Part shown: one piece after another, positions 12,544 through 25,989 of the stretch
Layout: each line of letters starts with the position of its first letter
Position numbering within the stretch: position 1 is the stretch's first letter
Origin: Mobula hypostoma
Lineage: Eukaryota
Assembly (NCBI RefSeq): GCF_963921235.1
Contig: NC_086097.1
Coordinates: forward strand, 163,620,001 to 163,684,000
Length of the DNA: 64,000 nucleotides
Reading direction: 5' to 3'
Notes under the pieces: model-generated
What the model was told of the DNA's origin: nothing
The model's input: only the letters and a program-made list of their open reading frames with translations
Databases searched by the model: none
Made by a program: the position numbers and the translations under genes

Positions 12544-15500
12544 GTAAATATTTGGATAGACAGAGACTGATTGGGGGTAGTCAACATGGCTTTGTATGTG
12601 GTAGGTCATGTCTAACCAAACTTGTAGATTTTTCGAGGAAGTTACCAGGAATGTTGATGAAAGCAAAGTAGTGGACATTGTCTACATAGACTTTAGCAAA
12701 GTTGGCATTCAGGATGAGATAGTAAATAGGATTAGACATCAGCTTCATGGAAGAAACCGGAGAGTGGTAGTGGATGATTGCCTGTCGGACTGCAGACCTG
12801 TGACTCATGGTGTGCTGCAGGGATTGGTGCCAGTCCATTGTTGTTCGTCATCTACATCAGTGCTCTAGCGGTTAACTGGATCAGCAAATTTGTGAATGAC
12901 ACCAAGACTGGGGGTGTAGTGAACAGTGAGGAAGGCTACCTATCAAAGCTTGCAGTGGGACTTGGACTGGAAATAGGCTGAAAAATGGCAAATGGAATTT
13001 AACGCAGGCAAATACGAGGTCTTATGTGGTGAGGGGTAGGGTACGAGAGTCGAGGGATCTGGGAATATGGATCCTTAATTCCTCGAAGTGACACAGTTAG
13101 TTAGAGTTGTAAAGGGAGCTTTCAACATATTCGCCTTTATAAATATGTACTGAGTACAGGAGTTCGGATGTTATGTTAAAGCTGTACAAGATGTTGGTGA
13201 GGCCTAATTTGGTGTATTGTGTGCAGTTCTGGTCACCTACCTATAGGAAAGTTGTCAGTAAGATTGAAAGAGTGCAGAAAAAATTTCCAACCATGTTGCC
13301 AGGACTTGAGAACCTGAGGTTGAATAGATTAGGACTTAATTCCCTGAAGCGTAGGAATGAGGATGAGAGTTTTGACAGAGGTACACCAATTGATGAGGGT
13401 AAATGCAAGCAGACATTTTCCACTGGCGTTGGGTGAGACTAGAATTAGACGGAGTGCGACGGATGAAAGGTGAAATGTTCAAGGGGAACCGAGGGTGGTT
13501 AGAGTGTGGAGCGAGCTGTCATTGGCAGTGGAGGATGCGGGTTCGATTTAAACATTTAAGAGAAATTTGGACAGGTACATCAACATGAGGGGTCTGGAGG
13601 GCTACGATCCATGTGACTAGGCAGATTAATATTTTGGCACAGACGAGATGGATCCAAGAGCCCTCTTCTGTGCTGTTGTGTTCCATGACTCAGCATCTCT
13701 AAGAGAATGTTCAGTTTCTAAATCTAGCATTCTTGTATTGCATATCAGAATGTTAGATTTATCTTTATTAGTATAGAGTTCTAAATTTAATGACAATAAT
13801 TGTGTATACTAATTGGTGGGGTGTAGATATAAGACACAAAGGGCATAGACACTAATATTTTACCACAACTTACACAGAACAAGTTACAAAAGCACCTAAA
13901 ATGTATTACTACATTAACATCCTATTAGCGCTCCTCCAAGCAATTCCTGATAAAACAAAATTGTAAACACTTATAATGAAGCTGTGTGTTTTGTCAAGTT
14001 TTTGATTTAGTGCAACAAGCTTAATGTTGCTGTCAATACAAAAAGTAAGAGCACAGGCTGAGCAGTCAAAATGTAATACAAGATAAAGTCATTAGCATTG
14101 ATTTCAGATCATAAAGAAGGTCTTAACCTAACTCTTTGACATATTACTGTGTTAATAGTTGAGCACTATGCCCAGTACAAAACATCAATCTATATTTCCT
14201 GATTCACAATCTATTTACTTTATTGGTCATAAATATAATACTTCAGCTGGGTGGTTTTGAACAGGATGGCTGTCTAGCCTGGCCAGAGATCAATGAAGAT
14301 TTTATTCCAGTTTCTAATATTTTTTGTCACAAGAACAGAAACAGTATTTAGTATTAATCCCCTTTGACATTTCTTCTCTGATTATTTGCTGAGTCTCTGG
14401 AGGCTCCAAGACTGAAGGACTGGTGATTCCATGTTATATCATAAAGTAGATATTAGTTGGAGGGGAAGCTGGTAGACTTCTGACAGGCCAGTAGATCTGA
14501 TTGGTTGACTCAAATCCATGTTCCAGAACAGGCCCTGGTATCTTAGACCTGTAAACTCGAGCAGGTTGCAAATATCCTTCATTCAACCTTCATCAAGCTT
14601 GAGATATTAGGTGCTGTGTTGCTAGGATGGTCTAGCATGTAGATACACTGGGATTACTTTCAGTAATGATGCTCCTGAGGTGAAAGTGGTCAGGCTGTTT
14701 TTGTGGTTATAGTGGAGTATCCCTGCCTCTCTTAGTATTGTGAAAATAAACTCAAACCAAATGATTTCCTCTTTGTGCCTATACAGACTGGAGAACTTAC
14801 TGCCCTAAGATTGCAAGTGTGCTCCCATACACATCAGAGGAGCCTGACTTGGCCACCAAATGGATTTGCCATTGAGATTCCCAATTCCAATTTAGGATGA
14901 ACTCAACCAAACCTAAAGGGAACCAATTTGCAATTTTAACAGTGAATGTAAGGATACTCAGTAATCTAAACATAATAATACAGCACAGAAGTGCATTCCA
15001 CTTATCCTGTTGTGCTATATAACAGCACATGGAGGAGGTTTGTATTTTTGTAAGGATATTCAAGAAAGAACTCATTCAGCATCAGACTCCATAATGATTG
15101 TGGCAATTTGCCAACATTCCCAGCATGTCATTCCTAGTGACAGGATTTCAGGAAAAGAATTGTGTCTTGAATGAACAGCGGCAAGCCAGCTGACACACCA
15201 AGGATTATGTGGGCTGCGTCCTCGGTTTGCCTCTCTTGAGAGAAAATATCTTGTAGTAAAATTATGTTCATGTTGAAACCAAGTAAGTATTTCGAGTTAA
15301 CTACATGGAAGCACAGTAATACAGTAAGTAATTAACAGTGGGAATATAGCTGAAGCTATGTGGATGGTTGATACCAAGGAATATTTTACAGTTGATCAAT
15401 GCTGTAAGTGAAAGGGGTTTGTACAGCCAAATGTTCAGAAGACATGCAATTAACTCGTGTCTCTGAGGATCAGCTTTCAACACCTTTCTGTCACTAAAAT

Positions 15501-16211
15501 TCCCACAGTAGTCAGCTTTTGGTTTGCCAGTTGTAGCATCGAGGGCAAATTCTTGGCTCTTCCTGAGCTCATTTTCTTTGCACACTAGAAAAATTCATGG
15601 AAAGTGCCTTGGACATTGCATTTTGTTTCCTGAACATGATGTGGAAGCTGATCTGGTAAGGCCGTGATCACATTTTATTTTTGCATTGCCATATGGGATG
15701 ACTTCTCCTTCGATATGGGGTCACCAAACTCATTTAGATCTTCTAACTCCTCCTACCCCTACCTCAGATGGACAACCTGCCAGATCCTAATGCACACAAC
15801 TTGGAACAGCTCTGGACTGAAATGTCTCAGTGGAAGCACCTGGAACAGTGAAATGAACCAAGGAAGCAGTAAACTCGAGTCATCAGATAACTTGCCATGT
15901 ATTTGTATAAATTCCAGAGCAGCAGTTTAAAGGCTCCAAAAATCCAGCTCCATAGGATGTATCTCAAGAATCTCCTTAAAACATTTTATTTTATATTGCA
16001 GCTGTTGTTTCTTTAAGGACACTACTTAGCCATGTTAGGCAATATGCATTATACATGTTCTACCATGAATCTCTGATGAATACAATTAAGATTTTCACAA
16101 CAACGTAATACCCAGAACTCCTGAATATGAAGATTCATCAATGGGAGCAGCCAAGCACTTGGCATCCATGGGGAAGTAAAGCCCCTTTAAAAATTAGTGT
16201 TGACGGAAAGA

Positions 16212-17077
16212 AACACACATCAAAGTTGCTGGTGAACGCAGCAGGCCAGGCAGCATCTCTAGGAAGAGGTACAGTCGATGTTTCGGGCCGAGACCCTTCG
16301 TCAGGACTGACTGAAGGAAGAGCTAGTAAGAGATTTGAAAGTGGGAGGGAGAGGGGGAAATCCAAAATGATAGGAGAAGACAGGATAGGGAGGGATGGAG
16401 CCAAGAGCTGGACAGGTGATTGGCAAAAGGGATATGAGAGGATCATGGGACAGGAGGCCCAGGGAGAAGGAAAAGAGGGAGGGGGGAAACCCCAGAGGAT
16501 GGGCAAGGGGTATAGTCAGAAGGACAGAGGGAGAAAAAGAGAGAGAGAAAGAATGTGTGTATATAAATAAATAACGGATGGGGTACGAGGGGGAGGTGGG
16601 GCATTAGCGGAAGTTTGATGGCATGAACTTTGACTTCTCAAACTTCCGCTAATGCCCCACCTCCCCCTTGTACCCCATCCGTTATTTATTTATATACACA
16701 CATTCTTTCTCTTTCTCTCCTTTTTCTCCCTCTGTCCTTCTGACTATACCCCTTGCCCATCCTCTGGGGTTTCCCCCCCTCCCTCTTTTCCTTCTCCCTA
16801 GGCCTCCTGTCCCATGATCCTCTCATATCCCTTTTGCCAATCACCTGTCCAGTTCTTGGCTCCATCCCTCCCCCTCCTGTCTTCTCCTATCATTTCGGCT
16901 CTCCCCCCCGCTCCCACTTTCAAATCTCTTACTAGCTCTTCCTTCAGTCAGTCCTGACGAAGGGTCTCGGCCCGAAACGTTGACTGTACCTCTTCCTAGA
17001 GATGCTGCCTGGCCTGCTGCGTTCACCAGCAACTTTGATGTGTGTTGCTTGAATTTCCAGCATCTGCAGAATTCCTC
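16212..17077 (+). mobile_element. Penelope-like fold-back insertion, ~405-bp inverted arms
   Basis: 16213-16618 is the reverse complement of 16638-17046, 19-nt spacer; + side starts with the GIY-YIG C-terminus DGMNFDFSNFR*; imperfect TSD gtgttgacggaaaga (16197-16211) / gtgttgatgtaaaga (17078-17092). Confidence 0.9.
16950..16985 (+). ncRNA. Minimal type I hammerhead ribozyme motif (GUU triplet)
   Basis: agtc-CTGACGA-agggtctcggccc-GAAAC-GTT-gact. Confidence 0.65.
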
Positions 17078-18197
17078 GTGTTGATGTAAAGATCCCACTC
17101 TGATCAATGAAGAGTAAACTTGTGCAATAAAGCTTGTAATTTAAAAAAGAAAAGGCTGGAAATACTTAGGAATAAGGGTCACTGACCTGAATTGTCACCC
17201 TCGTTTCTCTCTCCACATATGCTTGACTGGCATCGCTAACTCTTTGCTTTTACTTGCACTTATTCTTAGCCAATAAACCCTGCTTTTGTTTAGACCAGAG
17301 AATCATCAGTCTTTTACTTTAGGCAGGTTTCTTATCTAACATAATGATGGAAGATCTTCACATGTTTCTCTGTGGTGTGGTCTCCAAGCTTCATCTTCCA
17401 CAGGATATTGCATTTAAAAACAACTGAGGCATTGAGTTCTTTGTCATAAACATATGGTTTGGACAACAGCTTGTTGTACTCTTTTAGTGAACTTGTTTCT
17501 CTTCTTGTCTGTTCACTTTTACAAATCAAATGTGTACTGAATATTTGTCTCCACTTAGGCATTTTCATTTCCATGAGCTTTATAAACTACATCATCAATA
17601 ACATTTTCTGATAGTGTCCAAAATCAGCATAAGGGTTGTGGTTGTGATTGTACCTTCACCCATCCCTTTCCCTCAGAATTCTGTGACAAATCCTGGGTTT
17701 AACTTAAGGCATTTTCCATCCCACTGGGATAATTGGGCAGCTCTGAAAATTGATGAGGATGGAAAATGCATAGAGAATGAATGGCAGCTTTAAACAAACA
17801 TCCACATTTGCTGCAAACATCTTGCTAACAGAATCTGAACTTCAAGAGGTAGAATGCTTGAGCTCAGTGAATAATCATCTGGCTAGGAGAAGGAATTCAT
17901 TGAACAATCCAAGAGGATCAGTGTGGTAAACAGTAATCATTCAACTATTTGTTCTGTCTGAACTTCCAGCCATCTCGACCTAGCTATTGCACAGTTCTAC
18001 TCTGCAGGAAGAGGTCACTGACAATATAGTGTGTTTGTAAGCTCTCATATCGAGCAATCCCCTGACCATTCCTCACATTCCTTAACATTTGAACATTGTT
18101 CAAATACATTGAATCTGAAATAGAAACAAAAAATAGTGAAGATGATCTCGGGTCAGGCTACACCTGTGGAGGAAGAAAAGGACCTGGTATTTGGATC

Positions 18198-19123
18198 GCA
18201 AACAGGAGGAAATCTGCAGATGCTGGAAATTCAAGCAACACACATAAAAAAAATGCTGGTGGAATGCAGCAGGCAAGACAGCATCTATAGGAAGAAGTAC
18301 AGTCGATGTTTCGGGCCGAGACCCTTCATCAGGACTAACTGAAAGAAGAGATAGTAAGTGATTTGAAAGTGGGAGGGGGAGATCTGAAATGATAGGAGAA
18401 GGCAGGAGGGGGAGGGATGAAGCTAAGAGCTGGATAGTTGATTGGCAAAAGGGATACAAGGCTGGAGAAGGGAGAGGATCATGGGACAGGAGGCCAAGGG
18501 AGAAAGAAAGGGGGAGGGGAGCACCGGAGGAAGAAGGAGAGCAGGCAAGGAGTTATTGTGAGAGTGACAGAGAGAGAAAAAAAAGAGAGAGAGTAAAAGG
18601 GGAAAAATAATAATAAATAAATAAATAAGGGATAGGGTAAGAAGGGGAGGAGGTGTATTAACGGAGGTTAGAGAAGTCAATGTTCATGCATGGTAGCCTC
18701 TAACCTGATGGCATGAACATTGACTTCTCTAACTTCCGTTAATGCCTCTCCTCCCCTTCTTACCCCATCCCTTATTTATTTATTATCTTTTCCTTATTTT
18801 CTCTCTTTTTTCTCTTTGTCACTCTCACAATAACTCCTTGCCTGCTCTCCATCTTCCTCTGGTGCCCCCTCCCTGCTTCTTTCTCCCCAGGCCTCCTCGT
18901 CCCATGATCCTATCCCTTCTTCAGCCTTGTATTCCTTTTGCCAATCACCTGTCCAGCTCTTGGCTCCATCCCTCCCCCTCCTGTCTTCTCCTATCATTTT
19001 GGATCTCCCCCTCCCCCTCCCACTTTCAAATCTCTTACTATCTCTTCTTTCAGTTAGTCCTGACGAAGGGTCTTGGCCCGAAACGTCGACTGTACTTCTT
19101 CCTATAGATGCTGCCTGGCCTGA
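18198..19123. mobile_element. Penelope-like fold-back insertion, ~420-bp inverted arms
   Basis: Left arm ends ~18689, right arm starts ~18711; exact TSD tatttggatc at 18188-18197 and 19124-19133. Confidence 0.9.
19056..19091 (+). ncRNA. Minimal type I hammerhead ribozyme, intact core
   Basis: Stem I agtc/gact, CTGACGA, stem II ggg/ccc, GAAAC-GTC cleavage triplet. Confidence 0.75.
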
Positions 19124-21685
19124 TATTTGGATCAATGACTCTTTATCAGAACTGGAAAACTAAGAAAACAAGTGCATTTTAATTTATAGAGGGGGAGAGG
19201 GAAAGAGAACATGTGTGTGTTAAAAGAGGAGAAAAGGCTGTCCAGACAAGACTTTGGTGCTGTCTTAGAGAAGGAAATGTATACCAGATAATCATAACCG
19301 ATCTGTCTGGGGGGAGTTCAAATAGAGAAAATTGAATAAAAGTTTTTAAAAAATAAAACTCTCAGCTACAGAATGCAGATCTTGCTCGAAATCGCAAGTA
19401 AAATATAATGATGGAAAAAGCCCAACAGGTCAGGGATGACAGAGAAGAAAGAAAGATTGTGTTAATGTTATAGGTGGATGATCTTACAACAGAAGTAGCC
19501 AGCTCTAACACAAGAAGAGATAGCTAATTACCTGAAATTGTTAAACTTAATCTTGATTTTTGAGGGTTGAAATAGAAGAGAAAATGCTGCTGGGCTTTGT
19601 TGGAACATTGAGGAAGAGTAAAGACAGAGGTCAGAAATGGGTGAAGAATTAAGGTAAAACACAACTGGAAAGTGTGTGTCTTATTTGTGGATTGAACAGT
19701 TGTGTCACCCAAAATCCATATACTTTCTTAAACATAGTGGAACACTGAATACAATACACTGTTGGAAGAAATGCAATCAAATTACTTCTGAAATAAAAGA
19801 TGAAATGCTGGGAATAGGAACTGTTGAGAAGTTGAGGAACCATTGCTGTGAAGTTAATGAGTTCCCCTTCACCAATCTTTCTGATAAAAGTACATCAAGT
19901 CCTATCAACATCTTTATGTTCTGAGGCTTGCGTCTCTTAAATTCAGCAGGTCAGGCAGCACTTTGGAAAGGGAATGAGTGTTGACTATTGAGGTCCAAAC
20001 TAGTAGCTGTTGATTACTTCCAGCATTTTCTGCTTCTGTTTCAGGTTTTCAGCATCAGAACTTGTATTTATCTCCTACACTGATGTTTTTTTTTAACAAT
20101 TCTAAACTTAGGTACTCATTCCAATTCATTAACCAGTGACAATAATTACACTTTTCATAATTTTGAACATATCCACTAATTTTCTTATTACAATGTTTTC
20201 GCATTACTAAAAGAAATCTGTCATGTGATAAGACATGCCCCTAGTCCCTACTTTGAGAATAAATCTGCATCTTAGTTGTGGCCTTGTCATATGTAAAGTA
20301 GGACACCGATATACATACTATTTATGGCAGAACCTGAGCAGCTATAGCATAGACTTTTGTTTTGAGAGTGTCGGTGAATTTTCCAAGAACTGCTTTCTTG
20401 TGTGCAAAGTAAGTCAAATGGCAATGGATCCATATTCATTTGGAATCTTCATCTCTAACTGTGACCAAAATGTAATGTTCCAGAAGATCTGAATTTCAAA
20501 AATTGATCCATGGCAAAATTGATCAGCCATGATCACATTAAATGGTGAGGTGGGTTGAGGTGCCTGATGTCCTACTCTTGCTTTGATTTTCTCATGCAGT
20601 CTTGTTTATTCCTGCTAGTTATTCTGTGTTGTGTGCACTTGAAAACAACCTGATCTCCTTGTTTTTGTTCTTTTCTAATAACAAATAAATCTTTCATTTA
20701 AAAGCACTTTCTTAAAGAAATGATTACTAGAGTGTGGCCATAATCAAAAAATGACAGAGAAAGTTGATCAGAGAAGTAATAAAAACATCTATTTTTCCAT
20801 TGATATGTCAACTAAGCGTTGCCCAAACATAGCTCTTCAGTGGTGACACAAAGGCAATGGAACCTGGTGAAGCTGAAAGAAACAGTGGTGTAACTATATT
20901 GGCCTTTAGTGGAGTGCAACATCAACTCAGCCAACTTGACAACCTGACTTTCAGATTCACTGAGTAATGCAGCATGGCCCAACTCATCCACGCCAACCAA
21001 GATATCTATCCAAGTTAATCCCATTTGCCTGTGCTTGGTCTACATCCCCCTAAACCTTTTCTATCCATTTTTGCTCAAGTGGAAAGGAAAACAATATGGT
21101 CAGAAATGCATTGTCACTTTATCATTGGTAGTTCTGCTGCTAAAGGCATGCCAACGTCCAGTTTCATTTGGACTGTGGCATCAGCATGCCCATTAATTGT
21201 GCCTCTCTTGTTAAATCGATATGCTAAACCATGCAATAATAATCACTTCTGGGGAAAAAATTCAGTCTGGCAAGTGAAAGATCAATAAGCTGTGCTGGGT
21301 CTTGGGGGTGAGGGTGAGGAACTCACATGTAACACCATTGCAAAGGAGAAAGAATGAGAGAGGTATCTGTACTTATATTCATTTCTCTGAGGATATATGA
21401 CGAGCAAGATATCAGCTGCTGATTCTCTGCCTAAAATTAAAATTTTAATACCAAGTATTACATTTTTCAAATTTTATTACAGCCATAGGATGACACAGGG
21501 ATGCAGCAGGTAATACTGCTGGCTCATGGCTCCAGTGACACAGGTTCTTTCTGTCTGAGTTTAAGTTGGCACCATCATAGTCAACATGGATACTATGGGC
21601 TGAATGACCTTTTGCTAGTATGAAATACTACAAAGACAATTTGCTTCCAGTTTGTAGGCTTTTAAACTATGAATATTGCTGTGTG

Positions 21686-21923
21686 TTGGTGCGTGGCCAA
21701 GTGGTTAAGGCATTGGGCTAGTGATCTGAAGGTCGCTAGTTCGAGCCTCAGCTGAGCCAGCGTGTTTGGCCCTAGTGCCCGTCCCTTGGACAATGTCGGT
21801 GGCATGGAGAGGGGAGACTTGCAGCATGGGCAACTGCCGGTCTTCCATACAACCCTTCCCAGGCCTGCACCCTGGAAACCTTCCAAGGCGCAAATCCATG
21901 GTTCCACAAGACTAACGGATGCC
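21686..21923 (+). mobile_element. tRNA-derived SINE with TSD
   Basis: A box tggccaagtgg, B box gttcgagcc; 11-bp TSD attgctgtgtg at 21675-21685 and 21924-21934. Confidence 0.85.
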
Positions 21924-22877
21924 ATTGCTGTGTGGTTTTAAAGACTCTATCTACACCAACTTTTATGTCATGAATGAAGATGATGGGATGGAAAACTACA
22001 TGTCCAACTCATATATGAACCTTGCGAGTATTTACAGCTTAAACAAAAAATTTTTTGTAACCCCACTTAGAAAATTTTACCTCTGTCATTGCCTCCCTCA
22101 TTTCCCAGTGCTCAACCCTAAATTACAATGCTTTGCCTTAATTGCATGTGCTTCTTTTGCTAAAAGCCCTGTTCTGGAAGTCCATTGACACGTTTATTGA
22201 AGTTTCCCAGTCCACTAATTCATTTCCCTCTGCATCTCAATTATAGTTGTTGGTGATGATTGTGTCCTTTTCTATTTTCATTGTTATGGGCTTGGCTTCT
22301 GTCAAAGGTCATTACTTTTCCATCTCGCTGGCATTCATTCTTGGCTTTACTGCTCACTTATATCAATCAACATTCCAGGAAAGGGGTCACAGAACATAAG
22401 TTGTCATTCCAAGTACAGGAAGATATTTGCCAAGCAGATGGATATATTTATGGAAGACTTGCAATGGCCAAGAGGCCTGTGTGATGTCAATGAGCATGAC
22501 CTCCAAAGTCAGAGTTGAGTTTTGTTGATATTCAACAGATCTTGCTCATTGCAACAGATTCTGCAAGCTGCCTTCTGCCAATAAAATGGAACTCCAAGCA
22601 TAAAACCTCTTTACAAAGTGTATTTTCTATTTACATTCCTGATGTTACTGATAAATTCTGGTTAGAGCCAGTTATCTCCATTGGTAGTGGTCAGTTTTGG
22701 ACTGATAGTGCAGTTCTGTTGAAAACATTCTAAAAAAACTTAGCAAAAAGCAAAACAAAACTGTAGATGTTAGAAATATATATTAAAAATGTTGGAAACC
22801 CTCAGTAAGTCAGACTGCAGCTGCGGGAAGACAAATGGAGTTAATGTTTCAGGTCAAAGACTTTGTCATAATTTGGA

Positions 22878-23010
22878 CAACACACACAAATGATTGAGGA
22901 ACTCAGCAGGCCAGGCAGCATCTACAGAAAAAAAGTACAGTTGATGTTTCGGGCTGAAACCCTTCGACAGGACTCGGATTTCCAGCATCTGCAGATTTTC
23001 TCTTGTTTGG
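22878..23010 (-). mobile_element. Short Penelope-like pLTR fragment with degenerate hammerhead and an inverted tail
   Basis: cagcaggccaggcagcatct...gtttcgggctgaaacccttcgacaggact followed by tttccagcatctgcagattttctcttgttt. Confidence 0.7.
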
Positions 23011-23412
23011 ATCAATTTGATGTCTACAAACTAATCCTATACTTATTATGAATTAGCTGTGTGCGCTGATTATATGTATATTGTTTTACAGTTTTCACTA
23101 AAGTGTAATTTAGGTGATTATTCAAAGTGCCAGTATCCATCTAATTATAGCCAGTAAGAGTCAATGCCTTCAGCAGAAAAGAAATCAGATATGGTGTTGT
23201 TATTATGCTTAACATATTGATCCAGTACTAGTACATTGCTAAAGAGAATTTAATGAACTTGCAAACAGAGTATAATAAGCTGCTTTTCAATGTGAGGCAA
23301 GTTTTATTATTTGGCTTCTGACAAGATTTGTAGCAATTCATTTGTCTTAATACACATTACCTTTATAGAATACACTCTCTAATGAGCTTCCAATTCTACC
23401 TCTTACATGCAG

Positions 23413-23684
23413 GGTCGTTTGTGATGGTCAACACCTCTGGACGCCAGGCAGGACAAAAAGCACATCTCTTATTATCGAAAGTGAAGGAGAATGATACACA
23501 CTGCATTGATTTCCATTACTTCATATCTGGCAAGGAAAGGGCAAACCCTGGGTTACTCAATGTTTATGTGAAGGTCAATGATGGACCCCTCGGGAACCCA
23601 ATCTGGAATGTGTCTGGAATGACAACTAGAACCTGGAACAAAGCCGAGTTGGCCGTTAGCACATTCTGGCCAAATTTCTATCAG
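23413..23684 (+). CDS. PTPRM: Internal coding exon (probably exon 3, MAM domain) of receptor-type tyrosine-protein phosphatase mu
   Basis: Translation [91 protein letters not shown] closely matches the PTPRM MAM segment ([51 protein letters not shown]). Acceptor cag at 23410-23412, donor gtattg at 23685; 272 nt, phase 1 start, phase 0 end. Paralogs PTPRT/K/U fit less well. Confidence 0.92.
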
Positions 23685-24667
23685 GTATTGGACATTTAAT
23701 CTTTCTTGAATTTCTCAGATGTGTTCAAGCTGTGGGTTGGTATTTTTAACTATTAAATAATAGTTAAAGAAGCTAGGTCTACAAGGAGGCAGTTGATCTC
23801 AAAATATTAAGACTGTTGAATTTTAGTTATCTAGAGTGTAAGGGAAGAAAAAAGCAAACTGTTTTCAGTAACCACCCGATACCATCCGAGCAGAAAGCTT
23901 TACTTTCATAAAAATCAGGAGTGGCTGGACCCAAGTACTGAACAGCACCAATGTTTATCTATTATTCATTTGTGGTATTCAGTGTAAGTTACTCTCAATA
24001 CCCGAAGTTTCTAGTTAAGAGTAAAGTGTTTGAATCCCATGATAATAGATGGAAATTTTAAATTGAAGTAAGGAAGCAAGTCTCAGGAATGGTAACCATG
24101 GAGCTGCTGGACAGTCACAAAAACCTTTATCTAATGTCCTTCCACACTTGGTGCAATCTAATTGTGTTTCCAACGCCAGTAGAGCCTCTGAGACTGCCAA
24201 TTTAAAAGGCATTTCTAGATGGATATTAAATGCTGGGCTTGCCTGTGTCATTATGAACAATTAAGTAAATAGATGTAACCTCGCAAGGGTGGTTGGTGTT
24301 TATTCACTCTGAACTGAACAGCTTGTGATGTATTTCAAAGGAGGTTTGTGAGCTGTGCATATTGCTGCAAGTTGGGTTTTTGGATTTACCTCCCTTGAGA
24401 GTATTAGTGAACCAGATAGCTTTACGATATTACCATGGTTGCATTGTTCCTATTAGCTTTTATTTATCATTAGATCCAAGAATTTACTTAAACTCAGTTT
24501 AAAATCCCTAGGCACTCTGGTGAGATTTGAAACTAAAAAAACCGCTAATGCTGGAAGTCTGAAGCACAGAAACAGAAAATGCTGGAAAAACGCAGCATAT
24601 CGTATCAGATGGCATCTGTGGAATGAGAAATGGTTAATGTTTCAGTTTGAAGGGCCATGATGAGAGA

Positions 24668-24860
24668 GGTATGGTGCTGTAGTGGTTAGCGTAATGCTAT
24701 TACAATGCTGGTGACCTAGGTCAATTCGGCCGTTATCTGTCAGGAGTTTATGCCTTCTCCCTGTGACCAACATGGGTTTCCTCAGGGTGTTTTAGATTCT
24801 TCCCACATTCCAAAGGCACATGGGCTCGTAGGTTAATTGGTCACATGGCCTCATCGGACT
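24668..24860 (+). mobile_element. tRNA-derived SINE (HE1/V-SINE-like)
   Basis: gtagtggttagc A box; ttctccctgtgacc..gggtttcc..cccacattccaaag central domain. Confidence 0.7.
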
Positions 24861-24862
24861 CG

Positions 24863-24883
24863 TATATATATACACATATATAT

Positions 24884-24979
<96 letters not shown>
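24863..24979. repeat. Compound (TA)n/(CA)n microsatellite
   Basis: Direct observation. Confidence 0.95.
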
Positions 24980-24981
<2 letters not shown>

Positions 24982-25989
24982 TTCTCTTTGCATAGATGCT
25001 GCCTGACCTGCTGAGTTTTTCCAGTCTTTCTGCTTTATTTATTGTGACATTAGATCTTAGTTATTTAGACGTCTGTTCAAGCATTTGGATTTCTGGTCTT
25101 ATAACTAAGTTGCTATGCTATTGGCACTTCCACCCTGTGCAGTGTTGTGTAGTCTTCTGTGTGATATTGATGGATATCTGTGGAACATGTGCCTTCAGAA
25201 AAGATGGACACTAACAATGAAGCATTGTCCTGGGCACAAGTTTAAAGATATCCCAGAATTCAGATGACCTTCCTGAGCTTCATGGTTTCTTTGTTTGGCA
25301 TTATTGAAGCTTGTCCTATCAATATGCACCACTCTTTCCATGCCTTTTATCATTGCATTGATATTTTAAAGTGAATTTCACCAATACTATATTTTCATAT
25401 ATAGCTATTCTTTCAATCGACCAGTCTTCATTAAGAATGGATTAACAGCTTGTGCGCACAACGATTCTGGATCATTTTTATGTAGCTGGGAAAGTGGATT
25501 ATAACCTATTAACACATATCCACCAATGTGCAATTCTATTTTATTATATTCCTCTCTGTCCATTAGCAGAATCAATTGAGTGTGTGCCTACTGTGCGAAT
25601 TAGAGTCCCATTTGTGGTAAGAAAGGAAATATATAGCATAGAGCTCCTTTCATTAGCTTCATTTGCAGAAGCCGAGTTTTGAAGCAAAGTATCTTAGGAT
25701 CCATCTGACAATATAAGTGGGTTTGTTTTTGTTGCTCTTCAGTTGGTACAATTTGATAAATAGTTCAATGTTGGAACTTCTGCCAGCCAATGGCGTTAGG
25801 CTGGGTACATGGTGGAGTGGTCAGACTGGGGCCAGAATGTTCATTTAACAGAAACAAACTACTCCAATAATTCACTTAATGGTATGAATGAGGTCAGTCA
25901 GATGGGGAATAATTTGGATTTTCTGTGTGGGATGATTATATTGACTCTTGCATTGTTGACGGATATAAAATGTAGGGAATAAACAGTGA

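Larger units (their letters stand above)
8250..13690 (+). mobile_element. CR1 LINE (ORF2 remnant) hosting several nested insertions
   Basis: [29 protein letters not shown] (ORF 9071-9469); SQHGFVCGRSCLT after 12544; [19 protein letters not shown] (ORF 13173-13436); CR1-type 3' end near 13690. Confidence 0.85.

Noticed and set aside
16212..17077. MITE or DNA transposon with long TIRs
   Set aside because: The arms are PLE 3' sequence contiguous with the GIY-YIG stop codon, and the ends are asymmetric.
17150..17250. Further very degenerate pLTR-like remnants (also ~19950, 22750, 24545, 30290, 46040, 51200)
   Set aside because: Too diverged to delimit; no hammerhead core recognisable.
16127..19163. 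Recurrent ORFs such as LLVNAAGQAASLGRG and VSPDEGSRPETST
   Set aside because: Translations of the non-coding PLE 3' repeat and hammerhead, not proteins.
21686..21760. tRNA gene
   Set aside because: Head of a TSD-flanked SINE; no convincing acceptor stem or Pol III terminator.
23382..23699. 105-aa ORF as a standalone gene
   Set aside because: It is one spliced exon; similarity begins after the AG at 23412 and ends at the GT at 23685.
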